Assembly (NCBI GenBank): GCA_028534125.1
Contig: CM052842.1
Span: 3,782,001-3,846,000 of the forward strand
Source of the DNA: Lama glama
Taxonomy: Eukaryota
Reading direction: 5' to 3'
Length of the DNA stretch: 64,000 nt
In this document: positions 51,581 to 64,000 of the stretch, in pieces
Layout: every line of letters begins with the position of its first letter
How positions within the stretch are numbered: position 1 is the stretch's first letter
Made by a program: the position numbers and the translations under genes
The notes under the pieces: model-generated
What the model saw: only the letters and a program-made list of their open reading frames with translations
Told to the model about the DNA's origin: nothing
Database searches by the model: none

Positions 51581-51694
51581 AGGGGAAAGCCGCACCAGCA
51601 GTGCTGGCCCCGCACACCCCACCCCCGGCGTGGGGAGACCCCTCTGTCCCTCGTCACGGGCCTCTGCCGTCAGAGATGCGTGTTTTCTCACCAG

Positions 51695-51772
51695 GTGAGC
51701 GAGGAGCCAGAGGTGACCCAGGTGCCCCTGGAGTCGGCCTCCGGGGCGAGACCGGCCCCCCCGGAATCCCAG
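51695..51772 (+). CDS. COL22A1: COL22A1 penultimate exon, 78 nt: (G)ERGARGDPGAPGVGLRGETGPPGIP(G)
   Basis: ttttctcaccAG acceptor, CAG|GTAGGA donor; contains the GVG helix imperfection typical of the FACIT COL1 domain. Confidence 0.95.
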
Positions 51773-53721
51773 GTAGGAACGGTGCTGGGGTCTGGGGCTG
51801 TGGGGGGCCGTCTGCCGGGGGTGAGAAGCGCACCCCCCAACACACACACACGGCAGCTCCCTGGCCTGCGCGGCCACGGGCCCCAGGAGAGGCTGGGAGG
51901 TGGGGTGGGAGACAGGAGCACAGGTTGTTTTGTTAAATCCGTCTAAAGTGCCAGCTCCCTGGCGTGCTGTGAGAACTGTGCTGCATCCCATGAGCTCTTG
52001 AAGTGGAGCCCGTGAACTAACATCCTGAGAGCTCCTGATTTGGGGTTAGAGAAGTCTGGACAGTGCCGGGAACTGGGCTTCCCTTAGACACCCCGGTTCC
52101 AGTTACCTTCTCTTACGCGCTGTGAAGGAACCTGGCGTAAAAAAGTAACACTCGTTTCAGTTAAGCCGACATTTTCCACACTCACTTGATTGTAGGATGC
52201 CTTTTTCCTTCACGATGTACTGACTCTTCTCAGAGCATCCTGTGGGGAATGCTGGCCAAAGGGTAGGGTGTCCAGCCGCCCGGCCGTCCTGGGGCTGAGG
52301 GGTCCTGGGCCGAGGCGCCTTCAGGTTTACGACCTGGACAGGCTGGCCTCCTGCCTGGCGGCTGACGGGGAGGCCTCCGGAACACAGCAGCCCCGCGTTC
52401 CGAGATGAGCTGTGGAAGAAATTAGGATGAACTGTTACCAAACTCCACCTCACTGAGGCGTCTGCTTTTATCTAAATTTAGTTTCTGTGACTCCCTGAGC
52501 CCATTTTTGAGTACCCAGCCTGTAGGGGCTCTGACTTTCGTATTTCTGTCTTCTTGGTTTTCCAGATTTCCTGCGGGGCGCGTGTGTTGTTGTTGTCATT
52601 AGCGAAGATAACCGGAAATACATTATAAAGTGTTTGACAGCTTGCCTACTTTTCAATGGCTTATAATATTAAGAATATTTTAAAACAAGGCAATTCCAAA
52701 TGGAGATTAACAGGCAGAACAGAAACCATTTAGATGGGGAAATAATTGTACTAATATGAGGTTGAGATAATGTCTGTACTTTAGTGGTTCCTACCTGAAG
52801 GAATGAATAACCCTGCTTGTCTCAAAACTTGATAGAGGCAGGAGTACAGAATAAATGACCACTACCAAAGCACGGACAGAATTCATGCAGTGTCAAAAGA
52901 TCTTTTAAAGGAAAAAGTTCATTATTTTTTTCTTTTATAGAGGAACTTGGATTTTCTAACAGGGTGATTACTAAGACTTAAGAAAGAATATCACTGTCAA
53001 GGCTAACTACAACACTTAGCATTGAGCTTCCCAGTTGCCAAAGCAAAAAGGGAGATAGATTGATTATATATATTATGATGCATAAGAAATGGAGACATAG
53101 AAGTGTGTCTTAAGTAATATTTTCTAAGTCTAAATTTTGACTGCTGTCAGTTACTTACTTCTTACCTACATTGTCTTTGACTATGATTTGCAGAATAGTT
53201 TAACACAGTCCCAGTATGTGGTTCGAATTTAACACATAGATAAAGCATAGAAACTACAGAATAAATGGGACAATTTGGATATTGGATAATGAGGTGTCAC
53301 CAGGCATCTCTAAGGATGCATGGATTGGAGCTGATGGGTAATTATGAGGACTTGGTGTCCCACTCCCAGTTCAGATGCGTCTCCCAGAACCACGTGAGAA
53401 CATAGAAGGCCTGGTTTTTCATAACAGAGAGCGTGTTCCCTACCCGGCCTCATTCCCCTTTGTTCATTCCTCCCCAGAGGCACCCTGATTATTGTCCCAG
53501 TCCAAGCAGTCAAGGCAGCCCCTTCTGCATAGCAGGGTTCCCTGCTGTCTGGTGTCCATGCGGACCATTGTAATCCCTCCGGGCAGAGCGTCCAGACCAT
53601 GGGGTGTTCTTCTGAGGATGTCTGAGCCCTTACTTTGTGTGGGATGGAAGATGGGAGAGCAGGGCTCATTTGCTCCAGAAGGAACCTGAGCCGCCTTCTG
53701 TCTCTTTTACTCCTCGGGCAG

Positions 53722-53912
53722 GTCAACCCGGGGAACCTGGCTATGCTAAAGATGGGCTCCCCGGCAGTCCCGGCCCTCAAGGGGAGACAGGACCAGCTGG
53801 ACACCCTGGCCCCCCAGGCCCTCCCGGCCCCCCTGGCCATTGTGACCCCTCCCAGTGTGCCTACTTCGCCAGCCTCGCTGCTGCCCAACCTGGGAATGTG
53901 AAGGGTCCCTAG
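53722..53912 (+). CDS. COL22A1: COL22A1 last coding exon: (G)[62 protein letters not shown]
   Basis: ctcctcgggcAG acceptor; FACIT COL1/NC1 C-X4-C motif; TAG stop at 53910-53912. Confidence 0.97.
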
Positions 53913-54105
53913 AAGATTCTGGAATGCCAGGAGACGGCGGTGGATTTGTGAAACTTGAACTCAGAGCCCAATGGGAAGCCAGAGGTCTTAAAGCATTTCA
54001 GCCATGTGTTTTTTCTTTCTTTCTTTCCTTTATCATTGGTTTTTGTTTTATTTCCTTAAGAGACCTCAAGATTATTAAAACCAACAGATGCTGCCGGTCG
54101 GTCAG

Positions 54106-54170
54106 ATTAAGATTAATATTATTATTATTGTTTATTATTATTATTATTATAATTATTATTATTATTATTT
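54106..54170. repeat. (TTA)n microsatellite in the 3' UTR
   Basis: attaatattattattattgtttattattattattattataattattattattattattt. Confidence 0.95.
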
Positions 54171-54914
54171 CATATGATAATGCTTTTCAAGTTTTCCCCT
54201 CTCCTCTAAAGTTGGGAAAACTTGATTTTTGAGGAGTGGATTGTCACTTGTTCTCCTGACAGCCCCCATTTGGAAGTGTAGCTGCCAATTTTAAGGAAAC
54301 TCTTGGTGCTATGAAACCCTGCCAGTCACTTGCCAAATGTACCTCTTTCCTCAAAAGGAAACTTTAAGAAAATGAGACAATAGCCTTCTATTCTTCGTTG
54401 TGCCCAGAGGTCGCCCAGGGAGAAATTATCCACAAGTCGTTACTTCCCAGGAGAGAGAAGTGAAGCAGAAAGAAGAAAAAATTTGTAGCCACGTGGAATG
54501 TTCTCTCCTCCTGATGGAAAGCGCACAGAGCAGAGCTCAGAATCCGTCCTTGGGGAGCAGACTTGGCCACCTCAGGGTTTCAGACCTGCAGAAGCGAAAT
54601 TATGTCACATGGCTGGCAACAGCGTCGCAGAATGCTATGGCTGGGCCCAAAATGGGGCGTCTGGTGTGGAAAGCAGCCCCTGGGCGCTCATCTGGCGTCT
54701 AAGCCATGGAAAGGACCCCTCCCAGCTCCTCGCGGTTGGTGTCACTCATTTTAATTTTAAAGCAAGGAGGTCCAGAGACCCATGTGCTCGCCTCACAGTG
54801 GGCAGTTGGCCGGGGTGCTGGCCAGGGCTGGGAAGTCTGGGCCTCCAGCTCCCATCTCTGAGACAAACCGCATCGAGCCTGTGTGTAAGCTCCGCCCGGC
54901 ACAGACAGGTGCTC

Positions 54915-54920
54915 AATAAA
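54915..54920 (+). terminator. Probable COL22A1 poly(A) signal AATAAA within a MIR 3' end
   Basis: ggcacagacaggtgctcAATAAAt, followed by pyrimidine/GT-rich sequence. Confidence 0.6.
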
Positions 54921-55187
54921 TCCGAGTTTCCTGCTCCTCGGTTCCGCGTGGCAGTTCCTTTCTCATCTCCTGCGTCCCCCTGTGCGTGGCCCTTCGGGCC
55001 TGGGTTGTCCTCCTCCCCCGGGGGGAGCGCGTGCGCAGGGGCGTGCGTGTGCGGCTGGGCTGGCTCCTGGGCGACGGATGCCTCTCTCCCCTGCGCTGGG
55101 TGCTTTAATCCACAGAGGGGCCAGGAGTGCAAGCATCCAAAGATGTTGGAAGGTTCCATGTGTGGAGAAGCATTGTTGCAATGATTT

Positions 55188-55344
55188 CATCATTATTTTG
55201 TTTTTGTTTTTGCTTTTTTTTTTAATTGAAGTATAGTTGGTTTAGAACATTGTGTTAATTTCTGGTACAGCATAGTGATTCAGTTGTACACACACACACA
55301 CACACATTCCGTTTCATATTCTTTTTCATTATAAACTATTACAA
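55188..55344 (-). mobile_element. Short artiodactyl L1 3' end with (CA)n, TSD AATGATTT (55180-55187 / 55345-55352)
   Basis: T tail, ttaattgaagtatagttg...gcatagtgattcagtt; the right TSD abuts a TTTT/AA endonuclease site. Confidence 0.8.
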
Positions 55345-57789
55345 AATGATTTTAAAATAGGATCCAAGACCAGCGTCTCTCGTTCAGTCAGTCGGTGCTG
55401 CATCTGGAGGTCGGTGAGTGTCAGGGTTTGGGGGAGCAGCGCCTGTCGGTGCAGAATGAGACGACCCACCTCCTGGCCCTCTGCTCGCCTGCCACCTCAG
55501 TCCACGCGCACAACCGTGTAAGACATGAGGGTGTGATTCTAGCCTTTTCTATTTGAAGAAACAGTCTCAGACACCTTGGAAAACCTCTGATCCAGTGACT
55601 TTAAAAATGTTGACCATAATCCACTGCAAGAATCAAACTTCTTTGCGACTCAGTATACACACCCCTAAGTGTATCTTAGTGATATGGTGCTTACCATGGC
55701 CACACACGCCCTCGACTTTTGCTGTTTTATTTCCTTTTTATAAAAATGCTCATCACAACCCACTAAAAAGATGTCACGACCCACCAGTGCACCGCAACCT
55801 ACAGCTTGAAAAGTCGCGCTCTAGTTGAGAGGGAAACTGAGGCACAGGGAGCCTGTCTAGGGCACAGAGCTTGGTGTAGAATCCATATCTCTGATGCCGT
55901 GAACGTCTTTGTCCTCTTCACGTTCCACTTTGCTTCTGTATGTTAAGCCGTCCCTCACAGGGACCAAGAAGAAGGGTTTTCATACAACAGGAAGAATGAG
56001 TTGGCCGAGTCCAAAGAAGGTTTTGATGGTCAAGGTTCTCCGACACTCGGGGTGGGTGTAGGAGGAGGCATCCAGGTTTTGTTTTCGGCCTGCTTTTCCT
56101 AACTTGTTTCCTAAATTGAGTGCCTGTGAAAACCTTTGTGTGTGTAACAGCGTGCGCTCTGCTGTGGTTACGTCTTTCTCAAAGTAGGGTGTATCTTAGT
56201 GTTAATGGAAGGACTTACGTGTGTTTACGGTGAAAAAAAAGAGAGACATCTCTGTCTGTCTCGCCCTGTCTCTCTCCGGTATGTCTCTCTGCCCATCCCC
56301 ACCTCTGACAGACCGCTCCTCCCTCCCCGACTGCAGTGCGTCTCTCCCTCTCACCTCACGCGGTGCCCCCCTGCCCTTGTCGGTCTCGCTCCCTCAGCGT
56401 GTCCAGCCGTGCCTTTTCCCCAGGGTGCTGCCCTTCCCGATGAGGGCTTCCTCTCTCTGTAAGAACCGCCACACACCCACACCGTGATCCGGGCGCCGTG
56501 GCAGAATGAAGGAGGGGTGAGTGGACGGAGCAGAGTTTAGGTCTCTTGGGAAGCGAGGCGGCCCGGGGCCCCTCACAGGTAAATGGAGGCTAATCACAGA
56601 GCATCTGGAGCCGAGGCTGGTACGAGGTTTTTATTCTGTGGGTAATAAGAAGCGAGTAAAATTTTTTCCTGTGAGCCAGTGAGGCAGTTTGGCCCGTGTT
56701 TCAGAAAATCAGTGATTTTCTGCACGTTAGGTTCATGAACCGCTGAGTCAATGAGAGGGAGTAATTAAGAGAGTTGTTTTTTTTTAAGTAAGGAAGTGAT
56801 TGAGAGAGATGGAAAAAGGGAATGCAGGCAGGGTGAGCAGGTCATTCTGACAGCAGCCTAGAGGCGGGAATGGAGGAGAGAGGACCGAAGACCACTGGGA
56901 GGCTCCTGTGAGTGGGAAGAGGAGCCTGTGACGGACAGATTCCGTACCCCAGATGGCGGGAGGAGCAGAGGGCTGCAGAGGCGGGGCAGGGAGCGTGCTG
57001 GGGGACCCCAGGGAAAGAGGTCGCCTGTCCCATGGGAAGGGCATCTTGCAGGCTTCCCACCAGCCCTGTTCACCAACGACTCCTTGCTGTCCCTTTCGCT
57101 GGAGTGACTTTTGTCTCCAGCCTTCTCAAGCACCACATTATCACAGGTCCCCAGTTGAGAAGAGTTTTGTAAGAAGATAAATAGCATGATCACCTCTGTG
57201 TCCATCCACATGACGTTATTGCACTGAGCAAACATTAACTGGAGCTGCTGCTGCTAAAACAAGATTAAAATCTAAGCAGGATGTTCAAGAACTGCTTGTC
57301 CTACCTTCCATGTGAGGCATGAATCTCGGTTCATATCTCTTTGTCTCCTCCACCAAGTTTTCATTATAACCTACGCCATCCGCTGCAGAGATGCAGTCAT
57401 CTGTTCCACTAGCCCCACTTGCAAAGACCAAGTGATATTTCACATCTGTGTGAGTGGAGCGGTTGTGTGTCTTTTTATGGTCCCTGTTGAGAAACTGGAC
57501 CTAGAGCTGTCCTTGGTCCAGCCCAGGGCACGCTCTCTAGGGTAGGGTGAACAAGGAGAGACAGCCAAGGGACGTTCCTGAGCCTCCTATCCATCCAGAG
57601 CATTCGGTTCAGAAACAATGAAAGGACTAAAGGACATCTGCCCCAGGGGCAGGGTGGGGGAAGGGCATTGAAACCGAAGACAGATGGAATGCCAGGTCCC
57701 TGCAGGGCAGCCTGTCGGAGAAGCCCCATCTTAGAGACAAGAGCCGTGATCAGTCCAGAGGTGAGAGCCTTACTGTCTAGAATCAGAAA

Positions 57790-58412
57790 AAAAAACAAAC
57801 AAAACTGAGAGATCCTTTAAATGTCAGCTGCTGCAGTAATTCCATACCAGGCACGCCACTGGCTTCCCTTCTCATTCAAAAAAAGCCTGATCCCTTACAG
57901 CGAGTTGGAGAACCCTACATTATCTGTACTCGCCCCTACTCCATCCTCCCTGCCCCTACCCACCTCCCTGACTTACTCTGCTACTTCCTCTTGCCCCAGC
58001 CCCCTCTGTTTCCACACTAGTTCCTTAATGGGCCTCAGCTTATACAAGGTGGATTGCTGCCTCAGGGCCTTTGCACGTGCAATCTCTTTTGTAAACCTCT
58101 TTTCATGGATAGCCAATTGACCATATGTCACTTTCTCTGGTCTCTACACAAATGTCAACTTGTAACTCGCAGTAAGAGTCTTGTACTAATTACCCTGTTT
58201 CCTAATTTCAGATTCCTATTTAGCTTGATTGTTCTTTGTCTCCACACCAGTTATCAGCATCTAACACAAGTGTTTATTGTCTGTCTCCCTGCTCTAGAAC
58301 GTAAACACCACGAGGGCAGAACTTTGTCATTTACATCGCTGTTCAATATTCAGGGCCTATCACATTTTCTGGAGCGTATATGGGCTCAACAAATACTTAC
58401 AGAGTGAACGTA
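57790..58412 (+). mobile_element. L2 3' fragment
   Basis: tgcctcagggcctttgcacgtgc...tttattgtctgtctccc...gagggcagaactttgtc...gctcaacaaatactt. Confidence 0.7.
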
Positions 58413-59577
58413 TAACTTAGTGACTCTCTATACGTGGATTAACAATTCTCAGTGAGTCAGGAAACACTGCAACAGAGTCAGGAATTCCTCACTATCACGA
58501 GTAATGAGTAATGAGAACAGGTACTGGTCCAAACGTCTGGAACTTGACTTGCATTCCTAACTCAATCCCCATGAAGAACCTCTAGGTTTGCTAGTAATGT
58601 GTCTTTTTTTTTTCTCTTTTTACTGCTGAGTTGAAAGAATAAGCACAAGGACAGAAAAACTGAGCGACTTGTCTTCAATTCCACCACAGTGAAAGGAAGA
58701 GTCTGATTGCAGAGTCTGTGTCCTGAGCCATGGTGGGGATCATAAGCGCTGTCACCGAAGATTTCCGATTTCACTTCTTTTTGAACACAGGGTGTGATAT
58801 TTTTAACATTCCTTGAAGTTAGTTGGATTCTCTATGGCCAAAGAAAAATACACCAGAATACCTTGTGTTACTCCTGGGGTGATGGGGGTGATGCCTTCAG
58901 TGTTTTCATGGCCTCCTATTCACCCCACTGGTGGCAAGGGATCCCCACCCTGGGGTTACAGGGACGGCCATTCAGATGGCCTTCACCACCGGACAGATGA
59001 GGCCAGCAGCAGTTTATCACTGACCCCACAGCCCAGGGGTGAGGACGCTGCATGCCATGCAGGGACATGTGGGGCTGCACCTGGGAACAGAGTGAACAAG
59101 GAGAGACTCTAGGAGGCAAACTTCATAGCATCAAGAGGGAGGGGTGTCCCCTTGGTTCCGGTGGGCCTATGTGCTTGTCTTGTTTGACTACCTCTGTGGA
59201 CTGGCAGGGCACCAGGGATTCTCAGGGGTGAGCAGGAACTGCATTGGTCCCCGTGATGAGGGGGCTACTTCACTGGGAGCCTTTTCCACAGGAGCAGAGT
59301 GGTGGGGGCCTCAGGGTGAGGCCTCTCAAGGCCCTCCTACTTGGACCAGATGTTGAGGCAATATGCAGCATCTAGCCTTGATTTTAGTCCTGATGCCACA
59401 CAAAGAGGGTGTGGGGTGAGCCTTGTGTCCCTCCCACTTTTGGGGTGATCCTAGAGGGACATATGGAGACAAAGCATCTGTAGGCTGGGCCCCTGACTGA
59501 CTAGGGTGTGCAGAGAAGCCTCGTGGACCCACACTGAACCCGACTTGTAAAGTGAGAGAGAAATAAACTCACGATGA

Positions 59578-60157
59578 CGTGGCAAGCTGACTTCTAACAC
59601 AGCCCCCAGGGTTCCTGCTCCCTGGTGTGCACACCTTCTCCCACTTATTCAGGCCAACAATGTTGTAAGGGCTGCTGTGAAGGGATTTTTGCAGATGTGA
59701 TTAAGGTCCTGGGTCAGTTTAATAAAAAGGGAGAGTGTCCTCGATGGGCCTGAACTAATCAGGTGAGCCCTTTAAAGAGACTGGAACCCCCCCCCCCGAA
59801 GGGAGAGACTTGAAGCACGGGAGGGCGTCTGGAGAGGGCCACACGGCAAGGACCTGAGAGTGGTCTCTAGGACCTAAGAGTGGGCTTGGCTGAGAGCCAG
59901 CAAGAAAATGGGGACTTTAGTCTTACAACTGCAGGAAATTGATTCTACCAACCATCTGATGAAGCTTCCCCAGTCGTGCCTCCAGATGAGGACACAGCCC
60001 CGGCTGACATGTCAATTTCAGCCCATAAGACCCTGAGCTGAAGAGTCAGCTAGAGCGTGCTGACTCCGACGCACAGACTCAGTGGGGTGATACATCCCTG
60101 TTGCTTTCAGCTGCTAGTTTGTGGCATATGACTGCACAAAAATGCACAACTGATACA
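59578..60157 (+). mobile_element. MaLR solo LTR, MLT1E-like
   Basis: tttgcagatgtgattaaggtcc...ctaatcaggtgagccctttaaa...gccagcaagaaaatggggact...gcctccagatgag...ctagtttgtgg...aactgataca. Confidence 0.8.
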
Positions 60158-61469
60158 GGTGTGCTAGTCGTGTTAAGTGGAGGCATGGTTACTATTATTG
60201 GTGCCGTTACTACAGTGTCATCTGCCCATTTTGACTGGTAAAACCTTTCTGGACAACTGCCTCCTTTGTGTCTCATTCGTCATTATCCAATGATCCAGTT
60301 ATTCATCTCCTCAACCAGAGTATGTGCTCGAGGGAGATCATGTCCATTGTGCTCACTTTGGTGCCCTTGGCATTGAGCTGTGACTCTGCCACACAGTGGA
60401 CAGCCAATGAATGCTTTGAAGTGAACATGCAAAAGGAGAGGGGAAAATCGTGTCCGCTGGTGGCACCAAGGAGAGGGAAGTCAACCGGGCGTGGGGGAAG
60501 GAATCCTTCAGGGGGAAACACTCAGGAAAGGTGATGGGGTACAAGAAGGCAGACAAGGTGGGGAGGAACCCCGGGCACAGGTGACGACACTTAAAGAGGA
60601 GGCTGGTGACAGCGCGGCCCACGTGAGCCTCTGCCAGGAGTTGGGAGGGGCTACCGGACGTGGAAGGGGTGAGATGGGAAATTGAAGCGTGAGGCTGTGC
60701 AAATCTATCTGAGCACACCAGCGGCTTTAAAATGTCTCACCTCGTCTCTCCACGACGAACTACAGATTCCGATCCAAGTGGTGAAAGCTGTCAGAAGGTA
60801 GTGAACAGTCACCAGTAAGTGTGAAATTACAGGGTTTTTTTCCCCCTCAATAAAAATATAAAACTAGAGCTTGACAGATCACCGGGGGCCAACATTTTTA
60901 AAAAACCATACTTTAAAGCTGAAATCCTCATAAAGATGATTTTGGTCTGACAATTACCTATGATGGGAAGCTCAAACCATTCAGCTGCCAGTGCACACAT
61001 AGTAAATATTCTTTTGCAGCTTCTCTTTATCTGTTTAAGATGCCAGACTGAAAAACTGAACCCATTCGTGTGTTTCAGGATGCACCCGAGACTTGAGGCT
61101 TAAAGAAAGCAGTAGCTTCCAATTCTCTAGCTCCTACCATGTGCTGAGGGCTCTGTGCGCTCTCCCTCAGGACGCCGTCCAGACTCTGGTTTTCTGTGGA
61201 AGAAATGAAGCGGCGGGAAGCTGTCTGATTTTCCCAGGGTCACAGAAGTGCCTGTTGTGCTGGTGGTTTTGCCGCAGGGCTGAGCGATCTCAAAGTCCAT
61301 GTCCTTTCCACGATGGCAAACTCTTCCCAAATTGTTCCTATTTAAATAGCAGTTTGGCATGTATGAAACATGCCTGTTATCTCATGTGTTTCCTCTAAAT
61401 ATTTTGAGATGGCTGGAACATTTTAAAGATGGAGCAATGAATAATTACACACACTAAACTCTGATCTCC

Positions 61470-61540
61470 GTTTTCTTCTCCCTCCTCCCTCCCTCGCCTC
61501 CTTCCTTCCTTCCTTCCTCCCTCCCTTCTTTCCTTCTCAT
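61470..61540. repeat. (CCTT/CCCT)n polypyrimidine tract
   Basis: cctccctccctcgcctccttccttccttccttcctccctccc. Confidence 0.85.
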
Positions 61541-63879
61541 GCTTTGCTGATCAAACGGATTAATCAGATTGCTAGACCACAATGAATCAAACGAAGAAGG
61601 CCCTCTGCACTCAGGGAGCTCAGAACCAGTGGTAAAGTCTGATTCAGAAACTCAGACAGTGACAAATGCTGTGATAAAAGAATGTGACATATTAATGAGA
61701 CCACAAAAGTGGGAATTAATAACTGAGTCCTGATATGGTAAAGCTTTGATAGGCTGCTGGGTGAGTGATGACAGATGCTTGGCTGGGACACACAGGGGCT
61801 TGTTTCGAGGAGAGAGAAAACTGTGCTCAAGAGCAAAGACTCTTCATTCACTCAGTGGTGGTTTGCTGGCAACTTAGTATGTGTCAGATGCCACGTGAGG
61901 TCTTGGGACAGCAGTGTCCTAGAGGGATGTTAGCTCTCTACCATCATGAAGTTTAACAGTCAGGAAAACAGGCTGTATCAGCCCCGGCCCTCTGAGCCAC
62001 GGACATCAGCGTTAGATGAAGGGTGTAAGGTAATTAGAGTTTGCCTGTGTGAGTAGAAACAAGGCAGGGAGCCAAGAAGAAGCTGGAGAGCAGTCGGACT
62101 GCGATGCTGGTCTGACCTTGAGTGAAGGGGAAGAGGAGAGACCGTGGGAGAAGCTGCCCAGGTGGCCACTGGAAATCCCAGAGCAGAGCCGGCTGTCAAG
62201 GAGCCCCCGTCTCCAGGAAACAGTCTGCTTTAGTGTCCCTGCTGTGTGCAGCCCCGGCTGGGAGTGGCCTGTGGCCTTGTTACAAACACAAGGATGGACA
62301 TAGAAGCACAGGACCTGGGACCCTCGGCCAGTTCTGTTCCTTGTGGTTAGAGGAGGCTGAGGTGCACGTTGACGGCCACCACAGGGACATTAACCAAGGA
62401 ACCACACAGAAATGTGCATCGGGTACTAAGGAGACACAGTCTCCCAAGGGATGGTGAGAGCTGAACAAGCCAGAAGGACAGGAAAGGCTCTCTGAGACGG
62501 GACGCATCGGCTTAGGTGCGAAGTACTGGGCAAAGGGGCAGGTGGCAAAGAAAAGGAGAAGAACTACAGTCAGAGAGAAGAGATGCACGTGGACTGCAGA
62601 GGATGGAGCCCATCAGAGGCTCGTAACCTACCCCTGGGGAGGGCAGAGAAGGTGGGGGCGGGATGTGTGCTGAGGTCTGCAAGATAAGCAGAGGCCCCGC
62701 TTAGATTTTTTGTTTTGGTTCTAAAACAGGGAGAAACCACTAGAAGCTTTTACAAGGGAGGAGATTTGCATTTCACAAAGTTGGCCCTGGCCGCTGCTGG
62801 AAGAGGGGATGGGGCAGAGACTGAGACCGAAGCTGGGAGGACAGTGAACTGGTTGCCTCAGTAACATACGCTTAAGGGGAAGGAAATTGGCCTGAAGCTG
62901 CGAAGGTTGGTGGCAGTTCATGAAAAGTGAGCAGATGAGATATTTAGGAGGCAAAAACCCCCGGACTTGTGGTAGATTAGAACCACAAGCCCCAGGGGGT
63001 GGTGCCGAGAGGGCGCAGACACAAAGACAGCGGGAGGGAGTGAGGACAAAACTTGGTGACCAGGCATCTTATTTCCCAAGAGCCAAGGCCCTTCCTGGAC
63101 CTCCACATTTTAGCTCTGGACTGACCCTCACCACACAGCCTATGTCCGAGGGATGGGGGCATCTGCCCCAGACTTGCCTTCCCTCTGTCTACACCGAGTC
63201 AGAAACTCAGCAAACAATGTTACAAAAGCACGACCTTGCTGGGCAGCAAATTCTCCAACACGGCTCCGTCACATCTGGGCAGGCCGTTTGAAAGCCTGAA
63301 AAACTGCTGCCGGACCTCACCAGGTAGACCTCAGCAAAACATGATGTGAAGCAGTGCCTGTCACTGGGCCAAGCAAACAGGAGATGCATTTCCACTGTGA
63401 GGCACCGTGTCCTGAGCCACAGCTTGGGTGGTGTTATTATTAAGAGAGGAATGAAGACTAGACACTAGAGATGGCTTAGCGGTCTTTACCTCGAAGATGC
63501 GCTTGACAACCACACACTAAATTGAGCTTTAGGCGCCCACTGGCTCTGCAAACAGACGCGCAGGATTCAGCATCTCCTCCACGATCAAATCTGCTCAGGC
63601 TCAGTTTTCTGAAAATCCAAGGAACTGGAGGTCCATCTTTCACTTTCCCCCTTTGGTTTGGTTTGAATTAGATGCAAAAACGCTATCTGTATTATAGGAA
63701 AGACGGCTCTTCAAGGACAATGATAAATGCCAAGTGACAGCCTCCTGGTCCGGGAGGAGATGGAGTGGGGTGGTGGCCCCTGGAGCTCCTCGTCTACCAG
63801 AGGCAGAGGATAGCAAGAAGAAATGCTGGATTACTCACCATGTTTTGTTTGTCTGTTTGTTTTTCAAAAATCAAGGCTT

Positions 63880-64000
63880 TCAGAGACATGGAAACAACCT
63901 AAATGTCTGTCGACAGATGACTGGATAAAGCTGTGAGTGTATACACAGATAGATAGATAAAGATATAGATAGAGGGCTGCTACTCAGCCATAAAAAGAAA
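63880..64000 (+). mobile_element. L1 ORF2 3' fragment with an inserted (GATA)n, runs off the window
   Basis: gacatggaaacaacctaaatgtc...gacagatgactggataaag...tactcagccataaaaagaa. Confidence 0.8.

Larger units (their letters stand above)
1..54940 (+). other. COL22A1: COL22A1 gene, 3' portion (23 visible coding exons; six of them inverted within contig 15283-32467)
   Basis: Gly-X-Y exons of mostly 36/45/54/72 nt with splice sites. The non-collagenous segments [20 protein letters not shown] and GESPSMDILRRLIREELEKQLETKLAYLLAQMP, and the C-terminus [23 protein letters not shown], match collagen XXII as recalled. Confidence 0.96.
53913..54940 (+). other. COL22A1: COL22A1 3' UTR (~1 kb, end approximate)
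   Basis: Runs from the stop codon to shortly after the first canonical AATAAA; the cleavage site is inferred. Confidence 0.65.

Noticed and set aside
1-64000. CRISPR arrays, rRNA/tRNA genes, prokaryotic or viral systems
   Set aside because: No regularly spaced repeat-spacer structure, operon-like ORFs, structural RNA signatures or intact ERV coding regions were seen. The window is explained by one mammalian gene plus TEs.

Overview
Mammalian genomic DNA, probably camelid judging by the L1 3' ends, holding the 3' ~40% of COL22A1 (collagen XXII alpha 1, a FACIT collagen). I can read 23 coding exons, from a partial exon at 1-40 to the stop at 53912. The 3' UTR runs to an AATAAA at 54915, followed by ~9 kb of repeat-rich intergenic DNA. 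The gene is on the + strand, except that six consecutive exons lie on the - strand in reverse order. These six sit inside a 17.2-kb contig (15283-32467) bounded by two gaps of exactly 500 N, so this is most likely a mis-oriented scaffold piece, and about 36 codons are also missing at that junction. Other points of interest: the GFKGER integrin motif reads GPKGER here; one intron needs a GC donor; an intron contains a sharply bounded, foreign-looking CpG-island fragment; a tandem duplication has made a perfect DR5 element; an L1 target-site duplication copied a branch point; and the poly(A) signal appears MIR-derived. Nearly all ORFs in the supplied track are spurious. I found no convincing new biological system. 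Human COL22A1 comparisons and repeat family names are from memory and need alignment or RepeatMasker confirmation.
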